Assembly: GCA_965112155.1 (NCBI GenBank)
Contig: OZ218107.1
Source of the DNA: Podarcis liolepis
Taxonomy: Eukaryota
DNA length: 64,000 nucleotides
Strand: one strand, 5' to 3'
Shown here: positions 1-13,695 of the stretch, one piece after another
Layout of the letters: every line of letters starts with the position of its first letter
Position numbering within the stretch: the first letter of the stretch is position 1
Made by a program: the position numbers and the translations under genes
The notes under the pieces: model-generated
What the model was told of the DNA's origin: nothing
The model's input: the letters and a program-made list of their open reading frames with translations, nothing else
The model's database searches: none

Positions 1-3000
1 GTCACGCCGTGAGTCCAGGAGACGCGTTTCCGTTAAGGAACTTCTTTGCTGGAAACGCTTCCGCAGACAGCCACTGTCGGACTCTACTAGTGACTAGAGC
101 AGACATGTCTGAGGAGCTCCGTCACACACGGAGGTTTGTGGGGTCGCACAAACTCTGAGGGAGCACGTTTTCACGCACAAGCAGCTAATCAAACCCTCAC
201 ATTAGGCGATGGTCCTGCCCCAACAAACCATTCTAGGAAGGCAGCCCATAATATTGTACTGATAGTTCAGACTTGGCATCCCATGGAATGAGAGTCTGGA
301 TCAAATTACTCAGGTGCACAAGGAATGTATGAATCAGTGCTAAAAGTGTTGTGTTCACTCATTTAGATTTCCAGATTCAGCTGCTGTACAGTCTATTGTA
401 ATTAATCAGCTAATGACTAGAAATGGGTTATAAAGAAAGGGTTAACACAGAAACCTCTTTACGACTGGATACGAGGTAGATTTCAGGATGTAGCTAGATG
501 TCTTTTCTTGCTTGGCTCTTCAGCTGCATAGGAAATGCCGCTGACCTTAAAATACTCATTTTTCCTATTAATATATCACACACTTGTGTTCTGCTCTTGT
601 ATGTCTTTAGGATTTCTTTATACCAGGGCTCTCTAAACAGCTCCAGTAATATATCCTGTCACTGTTACACATAAAAACCACCCACCAGAAGGGATTGAGA
701 TTAGTTATGGGAAAGAATAGCTGCTACAGTGGCATTTTGATGTAATTCAGTCTAAATTTCAAACATTCCTATTTAACATAATCAAGTGGTATGAAATCTT
801 TTTAAAAATGGCAAGTATACAGTACTGGCTCAATTGGCACTTAGCAACGGTCTTTTTACAATATGCACAAAAGCTTCCAGCAGGGAGTGCTTTAAGGACC
901 ATCCTTTGAGAGCGCAAACTCACACGTGTACAATCAGTAGACATCAAGGTTGTATCTCCAGCTCCCCTTGAGATGTTATTTAGCTAATGCACAAATGTTA
1001 CGGCTAAACGGTTAGCCCTGAAAATGGAACAAGCTGTTGTGTTCATGTGTACTTTTCATTTTGGGATAATATCTTCATCTTGTAGTACCGCATGAAATAA
1101 GATTTAGCGTGCAATTGTTATTAAATAGGTGGATTTTTTGATATCTTTTTTTGCTTTTTCAAAATGCTGCCAAAGTCAAGTGCCCCTTCTTCAGTTCTGT
1201 ATTTACATAATGGCAAACCGCAGCTGAGTGGATGCACACCTACACTCTTTCCTGGCTGGACGAATTTCTGATATCGACTGCTGCCACCACTGGCAAAGGC
1301 ATGCAGGAATGGAATGCACTGATTGCACATCTAGTAGTAAACCCAAATCCTCAATAAGCCTTTTCTCAGAGATTTTGATTCTGGCGAACAAGCCCACAGT
1401 GCGAATTTGCAAAGCTCTCAAGCTAACTGGTTGTGTTCCAGACAAAATTGCAGGATTGCCAAACAAAGATTAAGCTTTCTGAAGGAGTTCTGGACATTCC
1501 ACGTGTCATCCCCCCCCCCCCCCAGTCTCAGGATCCGTGCATTTCCAGGTGCACATCTTAGTTTTGGTACAAGACTTAGTGGGACTCCATTGCATTTACA
1601 GTACAGAACTTGGTTCACATAGTGAGTTGTCCCTTGCTTATGCAAGCTTTCGTTGTCTACATATTGGCTCTGCCAGATCAATGCATATCAGTGGATTAGA
1701 GGCAGTTGGTAGATTAGTTGACAGCACACATGTACATGCATTTCTGAATTACTTGGGTCTGTCATAAAGTCAGACGTGCATTTTGCCAGCTCAAACAAAG
1801 CCCCTTTTATCATAAATGTGGGAATCTCTCTCTCTATATATATTTCAATAGACCTGCTACAGTTCTTCAAAGCTACTGCATAATATTTTGAGCGCCATAT
1901 TTGCATTTTGGGGAATGTGTCGCCTTAAACCTAAGATGGAAAAATTAGAGGAAGTCCCAGAGCTTAAGGTTGAACTTGCGTTATCAGAGAAACAAAATGA
2001 CTAGAAAGCTGTTGTTACAGCATTGAAATTCCATTACTGAATGTTTTCTGCTTTTTGCTAGTGGTTAAAATTGCCCTGATAAAATTACGTAGGCATGGGC
2101 GGAGAGATGTATACACAACATGCCTTTCTCACCCATTTGGATTTCCCTTTCAGCTCAATGGAATGGGCAACATTTTTAAATGCCAAGAGAATTATGATGG
2201 AGTCAAGCAAATGTTATTGCATTTGTCACATTGGGGGCAATCTGGGAGCAATTCTGACAGCTTGTTTGGTGTTAATAATCACACACATAAAAAATCCCCT
2301 GCAAATTTTGATGGTGAGCATTTGTCAACGATTCTGTGGTTGTGCAAATATTCAAAAGATAGATACCCTATTCATTGTAATCAATAGCATTTGATTCCTT
2401 CACCAGAACTGTAGTAGCAACCAACATTTTACTGCATCAGGCAGTAACAGAATTTTAACGCTAATTCTTAAAAATGCAATGCAGAATACTAGTCGTCCCC
2501 CCGACTCAATTCAAAGTGCTTATTTCAGTCTTTCGAAAGCCCTAAAAGTTCTTGACCATAATCTCATAAACCCTTCCACCATAATCTCTCAGACCTTAAC
2601 ATCACTAGGGGAGCCCCACTTTGTGTTCAAAAGGCTACTTGGACATGGAGTTCCGCAGTGGCCAATGATTTTGATTTCCAGTGGAGTTAGTTGCTGGAGA
2701 TAGCAATTTCCTTGAGGACATTGTCTATGGAGTTTCATATGGCCAGCTCCCTCCTATTCTTTTGAAGATCTTTTAAATCTTTTTTCTTTAGACTCCTCAA
2801 TTTGAGCTGGTTTTGTTAACTGCAGGTTGAACTGTATACGTGTTTAGTGGCTTTGTGTTCGTTGCGTTTTGGAAGTGGCCGTTTTGGAAGCTGGTTGGGT
2901 ATCAAATGTTAAAAAGAAATAACTAATGATCTTTTAGAGCAGTTGTGAAGTAGCTGTCCATTTTGACAATATCTGAGACGCAGCAATAGATGCTTGATCA

Positions 3001-3126
3001 GACTCAACTGCTGAATGCAGTAACAGACAGCATTGGAGAGTATCTTATATCAAGCAGTTCTCATTTGAAGGTATTAGGCATGCAGTAGTTTGACACTGGT
3101 CAGTATCAGCCAGAGAACAGTGCATA

Positions 3127-3352
3127 CAGTCGTACCTCTGGTTACGAACGCTTCAGGTTACGAGCTCCGCTAATCCGGAAGTAGCTGCTCCTGGTTGCGA
3201 ACTTTGCCCCAGGATGCAAATGGAAATTGCGTGCCAGAGGCGCATGCGCAGCGGGAGGCCCCATTAGCGAAAGCGCGCCTCAGGATAAGAACGGTTTCAG
3301 CTTAAGAACGGACCTCCGGAACGAATTCAGTTCGTAACCCGAGGTACCACTG
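3127..3352 (-). mobile_element. Non-autonomous Tc1/mariner (Tigger/pogo-like) MITE, family A, diverged copy in opposite orientation to the other copies
   Basis: TA|CAGTCGTACCTC...GAGGTACCACTG|TA terminal inverted repeats with TA TSD; interior is the reverse complement of the copies at 12092, 25911, 34524 and 47085. Confidence 0.85.
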
Positions 3353-4481
3353 TACTTGGCTGCATCTAACAGCAGACATGCAATGGCAACAGCATTTGAC
3401 AGTATCTTAATGGACATCTTTCAGTGCAAGTTAGTATATTTTAGAATAGAATCCATTGGTTAATAATGCTAATCGGAGGCAAATCACATTGAAACCTGAC
3501 TTTTCAAACCTGAAAATTTGTCAGGCTTTCAAGTTTTTTTTTGGGGGGGGGGTTCAGTTCTGCAGGGGGAGATGTGTTTGTCCAAAAAGACAAGTTCTTT
3601 TCTGGCCACTTAGAAAAACACAGAAGCTGGACAAGTTGAACAGCAAGACTGACACTCTGTGGCTTAGCAGAAGAAGTTCAGTGTAGATTAATCTTAATGA
3701 CTTTATTTCTTTTATTCTCTTGAGAGCACTATAAAAAAAAACCCTGGTTGTAGGAAAAAATGTGCTGGAGATTTCTTCAAGAATTCACCTGTCCCGAGGC
3801 TTAAATTTTGATTTCCAACTTTATGCCTTCGGGATATTCAAATTATGTCAGTTGCTGGAGAGAGCAATTTAGTTGAGGCTGAAGCTCCTCCTCCTGATCC
3901 TGGCATGGCAGCAAGTTTTTTTAAAAACATGTTATTTTCCTTATCTGCTCACTGGAAGAGGTAGCGGAGAAGCCAGCCACCTAACAGTCATCTGACATAA
4001 CGATTACCTCAGGCGATGTGACACTTTGACACTTGGTCAGTCAGCTGCTTGTTGGGACTTCAAAGCATTTGGTCTGGCCTCTTTGCCACACAGGGCAAGA
4101 GACGAAACGAAAACCACAGGGAAGTACTCAACTCCTCTCACTTAAGTTTGGGAAACGCACACAGTTCAGTCTCCTACCCCTCATCCACAGATGTCCTCAG
4201 ACGAGTTATGTATCGCCAAAATGTGAAACACTTCACCAAAAACAAAGCAAAATAGGATACCAATGTGCATACAATTTGCATGTTCTAATTTATAGGTCTA
4301 GATGCAAACTCAGAACCAGTGATTATAACTGGAATAGAAATACTGGGACTCAGCTAGACTGGTAAAGAAAAAGAGATTTATACGTGTTGTATGTGCGATA
4401 TAACATGTGCCACCAGATGGAGACATGGAGTACCGTTTTTCTCTACCTGTTTTCCCTGTTTAAATTTACAATGCTTTAAAT

Positions 4482-4734
4482 TGTGGGTAGGCAAACTAAG
4501 GCCCAGGGGCCGGATCCAGCCCAATCGCCTTCTTAATCCAGCCCATGGACAATCCCGGGAATCAGCGTGTTTTCACATGAGTAGAATGTGTCCTTTTATT
4601 TAAAATGCATCTCTGGGTTATTTGTGGAGCATAGGAATTTGTCCCCCCCCCCAAAAAAAAATATATAGTCCAGCCCCCACAAGGTCTGAGGGACAGTGGA
4701 CCGGCCCCCTGCTGAAAAAGTTTGCTGACCCCTG
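4482..4734. mobile_element. Non-autonomous hAT (Charlie/OC1-like) DNA transposon
   Basis: Ends GGGTAGGCAAACT ... AGTTTGCTGACCCCTG; right end CAGTGGACCGGCCCCCTGCTGAAAAAGTTTG resembles recalled hAT-Charlie/OC1 termini; imperfect flanking repeat ctttaaat/ctttaatc. Confidence 0.7.
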
Positions 4735-7700
4735 CTTTAATCTGAAACACTTCTTTGATGTGTCTAGTTCCAGCCCTGGTGACCTCAGTCTGCTGTGTGA
4801 GTCATGAACTGTTGATGGAAAAGTTCAATGTCCCTGCTCTCTTTTCTCATGGTTCTTAATATTTAAGACTTCTTCAAGAACTGTCCCATGACGGCCATTC
4901 AGATAAGATGACAAACTCTTTCATGGTGCTAGTGGCAGACCCTGTGTCTGGAATAAGTCTCATTCCAATATTTGCATCCTTCATTGGGCTGAAGTGGTCT
5001 TCCAGACAAGACTCCACATTTATGCTTAAGGTCAACTGCAACTTTCACAGGCCTCAATACATTTTTGGTATCCAAGACAAATACTTCCCAAAGATCTAGT
5101 GTGGCACAGACTTCCTATTCCGATTTGGAAACTGGCACTGCTTGCAGATTGCAAGCTGCAGCAGCAGATATTATTTCATCCCCAAATAAATCGGTATCCC
5201 GTTATGAATGGGGGGGGGAAACCTCTATGGCCATTCAAATTTTTCTTTTGTCTCAGACTATTAAGATCAATAGGCTATGAGAATAAACGAAAAGGGGCAA
5301 TTGAACTGTTTATTTAATTTAAAAATAAAACGAGCTTGTAGAATTTAAGCCACCTTAGAACCAGTTGTTGGCCACACCATTAGTACTTTTAAGCAATCAA
5401 AAAATAAATAAATTCTGGATAGGCAGCTGTGTCCGCCAACTTTTAGGTGTAAAGAACCCAACATGGCTGAGATATTAAATGTGAAAACTCAGTACGTATA
5501 GTTGAAATGCCATATTGTGACTTCAGGGCCCTGGTGCTATAATTTTTAAGAGAGCTAGCTAAGTGGTATATTAACTGCACACAATTATTTCGCTTGTGAG
5601 CAGAAGGAGCAGAGCTTTCTGTTAAAGTTATGGGGCCCATTTTCTTCAGAATCATGCTAGTCATACCACTCCAAATAACTGTGGTTTCCTGTTGCATGTC
5701 ACTGCTTTTTTGGGATGACCCACCCAGGGCAGCATCAGCTTGTTGTCTCTGTCTCACCTTGCTTTGAGGATCAGTTCATATTTATTTGCTTACCTAAGTC
5801 AATGAAGGCAACAAATACTGACTCTATAACAGCTTCCCCCATCCCCTCTCTCCTGTGCAGTGCCTGGCAATCTATCAAGGTCTTTAAAAAATACATCAAA
5901 CCTGTGATGTTGACGCGCTAGCAGCTTGCAACAGCAGTTTCTCTGCCAATGCAAACTCTTGCTTTTTAATAAAGAATTTAAACCAGAGAAGTTAAACATT
6001 CATTGGTCTTTCTTCTAGAGGAGGAAGTAGGAGTTTGAATTGGCTCTACAGCTACCAGCCCTCTTCTTTAAAATAGAGAATATTCTTCTGTTGAGTAGAG
6101 ACCGGAAAATCCTGTGCTGAGCTCCAAGAACGTAAGCCATTAAATAAGGCAAACAAAAACCCACCAACCTCCCCTATTTTATAACATTTTATTTAATACA
6201 ACTAGCCATACATTCCTCTCTCTTTTTAATGTTTTTGTCACTCGTGCCTTTCTCAAAAAGTAATTAGCACTTTAACTTTAACCTCAGTAACTCTCTCACA
6301 GTAATGTAGCATATATGCAGAGTGTATTATTCTATATCTGCATACAATAATAGAAAAGCATATTTCCAGCTTTAGGAAAATATGCCAGTTCCTTTTGCTT
6401 TATGTAAGGCCTCTTTGTGTATTTATCCAGATAAACCATGGAAACTCATGATATTTATAAGCAGCTATTGTGGGTAAAGATAGCCGGTCTGTCCACCACT
6501 TGGCTGTGTTTAGAAATGGACAACTTTCCTTGACTTGATTTGGAATTGACTTTGTATCAACTCAGGGTGTGCACCAGCTATAAGACTTGGTTCAAATCCT
6601 GAGTTGGCACTTCAGAAACCTTGTGCTTCTCTCCAAAGTGCTTCTGAATCAGTCCCATTCAGCTCAAGTCCACTTTGGAGAGACTGAGAGGTGGTTTGCC
6701 TTTCCCCTTCGCTGTTGAGATAAGTAGCTATGACGCTTTTATTTTTGACATAAGTACATGAAACTTGCAGGCAATATTTGCCCCTCCAGAGTGGACAAAG
6801 TCTGCCAAATTACAGGCAAATAGGTAGGGGTTTTTTTGTACTGGTACCTTTAAATTTTGGTTTATTTTTATTTTTGGTGTCATGGGAGTTTGGAAACTGC
6901 CATCTTGTGGACCAATACTTTCCTCATTGCAAATTCCCCATAGTTGCCTGCCTAATCTGCTTGGGGAACGGTGGTAGGAGGTTGACCATGGAACAAATCT
7001 TTCCCTCTAACAAAGTTCTATAATAAAGAAATCTGAAAGCAGCTGGAGAATGGTGTTCAAGTGTTTGGTGTTTCTACTAAAATGTCCACAGAGGTAAAAG
7101 TTTCCTCTCATCACCTTGAATAAAGTGATTGCAATACTAGGCTATGGGTAGCCTCTTGGGTAGAATTGGGAGCAGCCTTTGGAGCTTGTGCTCTCTCACC
7201 TTATTCCCTTCCTTTTTCCACTTGCCACGTGGACGAGTGAGTGCCCAGACCTGGAGAAAAATCACCTTTATTTGAATGGTAGATCTCTCCTGACCTGAAA
7301 TATGAAAATCCCTTTCTGTAGCATCTTTGATATATAGTTCGGGAGATATCCCATGTCAAATAAAAATGGACCTGCTGATTTCAAGCCTTGCCCTTTATGT
7401 GTGGTTCTTCCTAAAATATAAATGAGGTGGGGAAAATTCAGGAAACCGCTGTGTGTGGAGGGCATAATATTTGAATGCCTTCGATGTCTTGCATGAAATA
7501 AAAAGGGAAATAAAAAAAATCTATGTCTTGCCTGAAATAAAGAGGGAAATAAAAGATGCGCTGGACTTCTTCTTCTTCCAGTCCAGTCTAAAAGCAGCTG
7601 AAAGAGCAATTTCAGCAATGGCCGAAATGCTTTGCAGCAGTCCATCAGCCCTGTCCAACGCCACCTGAGTCAGGTATGGCCTGGAGTTTTTCGTTCAGAC

Positions 7701-9468
7701 TTTCAAAACAGTGTATTTTTCTGAATTTAACTTCAAGATGGCTGCATCAGGCTTTAAAAGTGCAGACTAATGTACAAAACCACACATTTTACCCATTATA
7801 GGATATAAAAGGAATGTTTCCTGTGGTGGAAATAAATAGGATGGTTACCCACTGCTTCCATTGATTTTAAGTTCTACAGTAAATTCATGGGAACTGCAGC
7901 TGCTCTGCTTCTTTGAAAATCTGGCCACTGTTCCAAGTCCCAAAGGCCATATCCTGTACATACCTATTCAAGTGCTTAACCTTAGGCACCCAGGTTTGAA
8001 TTTTTTTCTCTCTCTCTCTTTTTGCATACATGATCAGAGGAGTTAATTTCATTGTTATGAGCCCACTATTCAAAAACAGCTATGCCACCTTGAAGTCAAG
8101 CTGTACGTCTAAAAAATCTAAAATACTTTCATTCTACAACAGAGAAGCTCTAAGATACTGAATCTTACAAAACATCAAAGTACTGGTGAACTGGGGAACA
8201 CTTTGTATTTTGATTCTTTTAAATGTACTTTTATAGTAATAACCAGTAGCAGGGAAATTGTGATCAGGACGCATTTTTCAATGTTCCACTGACTTGGTGG
8301 CCCTCTCCTGGGCTTCTGTCATGATGTCACCATACCCCTAAATGTGTGACCTTACAAAACACACAGGCCCCCAGCGATCTGCAAAAACTCTGTCCCATTG
8401 TGCTTCATCCCAAAATCTAAAACTAACTTTAGCTAACTCTGAAGTGAAATATTGTGATTTATAACAAAAAAGGTTACTTAGGGAAGTTGGATACTAAATT
8501 GTTCGGTTGGAATCTTTATCCTTTGATTATGTAGTTGGCTGAACAAAGCATTTTGATTCATTCTGTTCCAATTTAATTCCCCTTTGCAAATGACCTGATA
8601 GCTGACCCATTTTTTATGCTTAGTATCCCCAGGAAAACAAAAAATATATAAAAATACAGTGATCCTTGTTAATCATGACATTTTTATATTTCATGTTCCA
8701 AGCCTTTGGTTTAAAAAAAAAAAACAGGAACAAAAGTTATGCAAATAGATGAAGCCTTGCTATATTCTCTTAGTAAAATTCAGCATTAAAATTATTAAAC
8801 TTTCACTCAGAGTGAACATAGTATTTTAATAGAATAGCCAAAGAAAAAAAAAGCTGTTCCTTCTTACTCTATAAATTGCTTTATGTTTTAACACACTGCA
8901 AATTAGGACTTTAAGTAAAGCTTCATTTTTCTTTTTTCTATATGCAAGGTTTGTTTAAGGTAGGTTGGGTTTTTTTAAAAAAAAATTGAAGTAAGGCATG
9001 TTTTTCTTTCAGTATTACATTATGCTAGCTAAGAAAGATAATGATATATATTTGATTTGACATTTTAATGACTGTGCAATTCTAGCCATGTCTACTCAGA
9101 AGTAAATCCTATTGCTTTCAATAGGGCTTATTCCTGGGTATGTGGGAATAGGCGACTTCCGTCTGAATTAGAGTATGTCCAGACCAGAAGGCCATGGACT
9201 TTGGCATCCAGATAAAACTTAATAACAGCTCATAGGATGAGGCCTACATACTGGTGTGTAGACACACAACCCATTGAGATGTTTTTGTCCTTGGATGCTC
9301 ATTTTTTCCACTGCTTGCCAGTACTGTGTTGATCACACCTTCCCCATAGCAGGCAAAACATTTGTGAACATTTGGTGATATCACAGCAGCTCAGCCAATA
9401 AGATTCAAATGTGGCAGGCAGGCAGACGGCAGATAGTTACCATCTTCATATTTTATGTAGGACTTTTG

Positions 9469-10402
9469 GTGTTGTTTAGTCATGTCTGACTCTTCATGAC
9501 CCCATGGGCCAGAGCACGCCAGGCACTCCTGTCTTCTACTGCCTCCTGCAGTTTTGTCAAACTCAAGTTGGTAGCTTCGAGAACACTGTCCAACCATCTC
9601 GTCCTCTGTTGTCCCCTTCTCCTTGCGCCCTCCATCTTTCCCAACATCAGGGTCTTTTCCAGAGAGTCTTCTCTTCTCATGAGGTGGCCAAAGTACTGGA
9701 GCCTCAGCTTCAGGATTTGTCCTTCCAGTGAGCACTCAGGGCTGATTTCCTTCAGAATGTGTAGGTTTGATCTTCTTGCAGCCCATGGGACTCTCAAGAG
9801 TCTCCTCCAGCACCATAATTCAAAAGCATCAATTCTTCGGTGATCAGCCTTCTTTATGATCCAGCTCTCACTTCCATACATCACTACTGGGAAAACCATA
9901 GCTTTAACTATACGACCGTTTGCTGGCAAGGTGATGTCTCTGCTTTTTAAGATGCTGTCTAGGTTTGTCGTCGCTTTTCTCCCCAAAAGCAGGCATCTTT
10001 TAATTTCGTGACTGCTGTCACCATCTGCAGTGATCATGGAGCCCAAGAAAGTAAAATCTCTCACTGCTTTCATTTCTCCCCCTTCTATTTGCCAGGAGGT
10101 GATAGGGCCAGTGGCCATGATCTTAGTTTTTTTGATGTTGAGCTTCAGACCATATTTTGTGCTCTCCTCTTTTACCCTCATTAAAAGGTTCTTTAATTCC
10201 TCCTCACTTTCTGCCATCAAGGTTGTGTCATCTGCATATCTGAGGTTGTTGATTTTTCTTCGGGAAATCTTAATTCCGGCTTGGGATTCATCCAGCCCAG
10301 CCTTTCGCATGATGAATTCTGCATATAAGTTAAATAAGCAGGGAGACAATATACAGCCTTGTCGTACTCCTTTCCCCATTTTGAAGCAATAGTTGTTCCA
10401 TA
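9469..10402 (-). mobile_element. Bov-B (RTE clade) LINE, 5'-truncated; C-terminal half of reverse transcriptase
   Basis: ORF 9480..10379: GKGVRQGCILSPCLFNLYAE, NNLRYADDTTL, IDAFELWCWRRLLRVPW, LRLQYFGHLMRR; (CAA)-type tail at the left end. Confidence 0.96.
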
Positions 10403-12091
10403 ATGTCGGACTAAATATGCTAATGAAAAGTGAGGTTTGGGGGGCGTGTTGTGCTACTCATAGAAGTTGCTTTGCAGGAGGCATCGTTTCCTAAAAGTAT
10501 TCTCCATTATACCTTTTGCTTGTCGTTTCTCCTTCCTTTCCACCCAACTGGTGGAAGAAAACTACAGCACCGGTCGGTTGTGATACAGCTTCTTGCTGTA
10601 TCAAGACACACTTTGGTACATAACAAAGCTGCTCAAAGAAAAAGACACACACATATCCAAACCCATTTTTCTCTTCTACTTTTATTTTTAACCTTTTTTA
10701 AAAAATAGAAAATTGGCTGACCACGGATTTATGAATTAGCAAGTCCATTATAATGATGAATGGAAATTACCATTTAAAACCTGAATCATTCATCAGGTTT
10801 TATCATTCATCGCTATGTGTCAGGTGACATAAGAATACATGAATACTTGTCATCTTAGTATTTCCTACCTGATAGTTAAACTTGCATGAACTTTAGACTT
10901 TCGTACCAAGTGCTGGCTAATATAAATTAAAAAACAACAACACCCGAATATAAAGTAATTTTACATATAGTTTCAAAGGAGTGAAAGGGAACATGTAGAA
11001 GACAATATCAATAAGGGGGGGGGAGCATTCTTCCCACCCCCAGAGAAAAGAATCACAGAAGTCTCTTGGGTTTTTTTCAAAATAGAAAGTCCTGTTGAGT
11101 ATATGGTATCCCTAGACCACGTTTATGGTTGAGGACTTTTACTGCCAGATTGATCTGTTCACCATCTTTCAGCAGGCCCCCACTGACAACAAAATATTCC
11201 ATAAATGCTCCTTCTAGGTTTCTGAAATGAGCAAACACACCATATTCCAAGTGATAAGGATTTTGAGAGAAAAGCTAGCCTCCAAGATGATAGCTCGATG
11301 ACATCCCACCCACGTTCAAATAAGATTTCTACCGTAGGCTTAGCAGTTCGTAAACTGAAGCCAACTTTCAGAGAGATCATTTAAATTGTGAAATGCTACC
11401 CAAAGACTGAGAAAGAAAAGACTGTATATTAATCTTGGCAGCAGATGGCAATTCTAGATCCAGAAGCTCAATGGTGTTGAGCTGAATGGAACATAACAAG
11501 TCTGTTATCCTAACAAAATGCAGCCTTCGTCTCTCAGAGGGCTAGAAATGCCCTCTCAGTATATGCATCCAATCACAGAAGAACATAAAGAGACAGTTAA
11601 ACTGAGTAATGTTGCATAACTAAATGGCAAGATTTTCAAGTGGAATATAAAACCTGAAAGTATTGTTTTAATCAAAGATCTGATGGTCTTGTCAGTGCTT
11701 CATTATCCTGATGCAGTGTGTGGGTTTTTTGCCCCCCCCCATATTTTTCCTCTTCCAAATACTAATGTTTCTGCAGAAACATGTAGGACCCAATCCTGCT
11801 TCCTCAGCAAGGCCTGATGAGCTTCCTCAGAAGACTTCATCCCAACCCTCCACTCCCAACTGGATATGCCAGCGTGCTGGATACACCGCAATGCAGTCAC
11901 AGCAAGTGAAGGTGATCCCACTTTGAAGGATCCCTCTCTAATGGTTCTCCTTTATATTTTTAGAAATATCAGCCACGTAGCCTGATATTATTATTATTTT
12001 TAATTGTGTGTGAGGCTATTTTTGCTACTATTTTGCAGGGAAAGCTTTATTAAATATTTTTCTGCTCTTTCAAATTGAATTTGTGCTATTA

Positions 12092-12288
12092 CAGTGGTAC
12101 CTCGGGTTAAGTACTTAAAACTCTTCTTAACCTGAAGCACCACTTTAGCTAATGGGGCCTCCTTCTGCCGCCGCACCACCGGAGCACAATTTCTGTTCTC
12201 ATCCTGAAGCAATGTTCTCAACCTGAGGTACTATTTCTGGGTTAGCGGAGTCTGTAACCTGAAGCGTATGTAGCCTGAGGTACCACTG
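12092..12288 (+). mobile_element. TcMar MITE family A
   Basis: TA|CAGTGGTACCTCGGG...CCTGAGGTACCACTG|TA. Confidence 0.9.
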
Positions 12289-12412
12289 TAATTTGATTTC
12301 CCACCACCATCACCACCATTTTCTTCTTTGCCTCATTCCAAACCACCTAAAGACCACTTCCAAACCACTGTGGCTCAAGAATAGCCATGAGCTGGTAGCC
12401 AGTAGTTGAGAC

Positions 12413-12505
12413 AAAAGCAGGACATTCTGGGATCCAATCAGAAACCAGGATGGCTTCTGTAAATCTGGGACTGTCCCTGAAAAATAGGGACACTCGGAGG
12501 TTCTG
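12413..12505 (-). mobile_element. Partial MITE family C (CAGACCCTCC...GGAGGGTATG type)
   Basis: Reverse complement matches the left half of the copies at 44316 and 53518. Confidence 0.7.
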
Positions 12506-13595
12506 CATCTTGGTGCAATGATAGTGCATTAGTGGTGGGTTTATTTTGTTCTAGTTTGTTCTATCATGCTTCCCCTGTGATAACAGGTTATTGCTCTCCG
12601 GAGGGTCTGTAACACAACAAAAGTGTTACACAATGGAACTCATAGCTATGCTGCTCAAGTTGCACATGTTCATGTCACTGTATTACCTGCTAGCTCCAAT
12701 CCTACGATAACAGGTTACTGCCAAATATTACGCTCACAGGATTGAGCCAAAAGATGTAATTCTGTGTTGGCCAAAATGCCAAAACGCCATGACCAAGTAG
12801 CTTTTTCAGTCTAAAGCCAATTACACTCTACAGTTCTGTACTACTCAACAGCACTGTGAAAACCCTGGCTATATTATGCCAGCTGATACAGCTGCTAACC
12901 CCTTACTAACACAGCGTTCTGGGTTCCTTTGTGCTGCCTAGTTCTTGCATCCCATTCTAAACATTTATATCCTTGAAACACTAAAAGAGAACACATGAGT
13001 GACTCATATTTCTCCTTTTGCATTTCCACTGCATCCCATTTTGTTCCCATTTTGCAAGTAACAGCATGGCCTGTGCTTATTGTGGTAATGTTGGTCTAGG
13101 GCAAAAATGTGAGAAACTGAAGCTTTAGATCAGATGCTTTTATATATATATTAAACATGTCACCCATTACCTTTTCAATGAAAATAGAAACCAAAAGGAC
13201 ATAACGTTTGGGTGTACCTAGCCTAGGAAAAGCTTAGCAAGGTAACCAGGTAAGGATTTGTGTTCAACCCTCTCTAACAGGGTTGAAAATCTTGAATAGC
13301 AGCATTTAGCATAATACAGGCTCAAATAAGCAAACTGGTCTTCATTGATGTGTCAAACTGGAGACCCGCATCTTCCAAAAACTGCCTCTGTATGTCAGCA
13401 TGTGAAGCTGATCTTTCCCAGCTGATGCTGGATTCAAGTTTCTTGGAAGCATTTTTGGTGGAGATGTGCCAAACAACCTTAAAAAATAAATCAGTTGCAG
13501 TAGAACAGGACAATCCCCCAAGGCTCAGAGGTAGGGTGAGTGTTTTGATACATGCATTACTAATTAACTGTGAAAAGTTTTGAACAGGCCCAATA

Positions 13596-13610
13596 TCTCT
13601 CTCTCTCTGA

Positions 13611-13693
<83 letters not shown>
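13596..13693. repeat. Compound microsatellite (CT)n-(GT)n-(GA)n
   Basis: Directly visible. Confidence 0.95.

Positions 13694-13695
<2 letters not shown>

Noticed and set aside
24-135. Hammerhead ribozyme (CTGAGGA followed by a hairpin; GAAAC/GTT stem)
   Set aside because: The core elements are in the wrong order and there is no GAAA after the putative stem II on either strand
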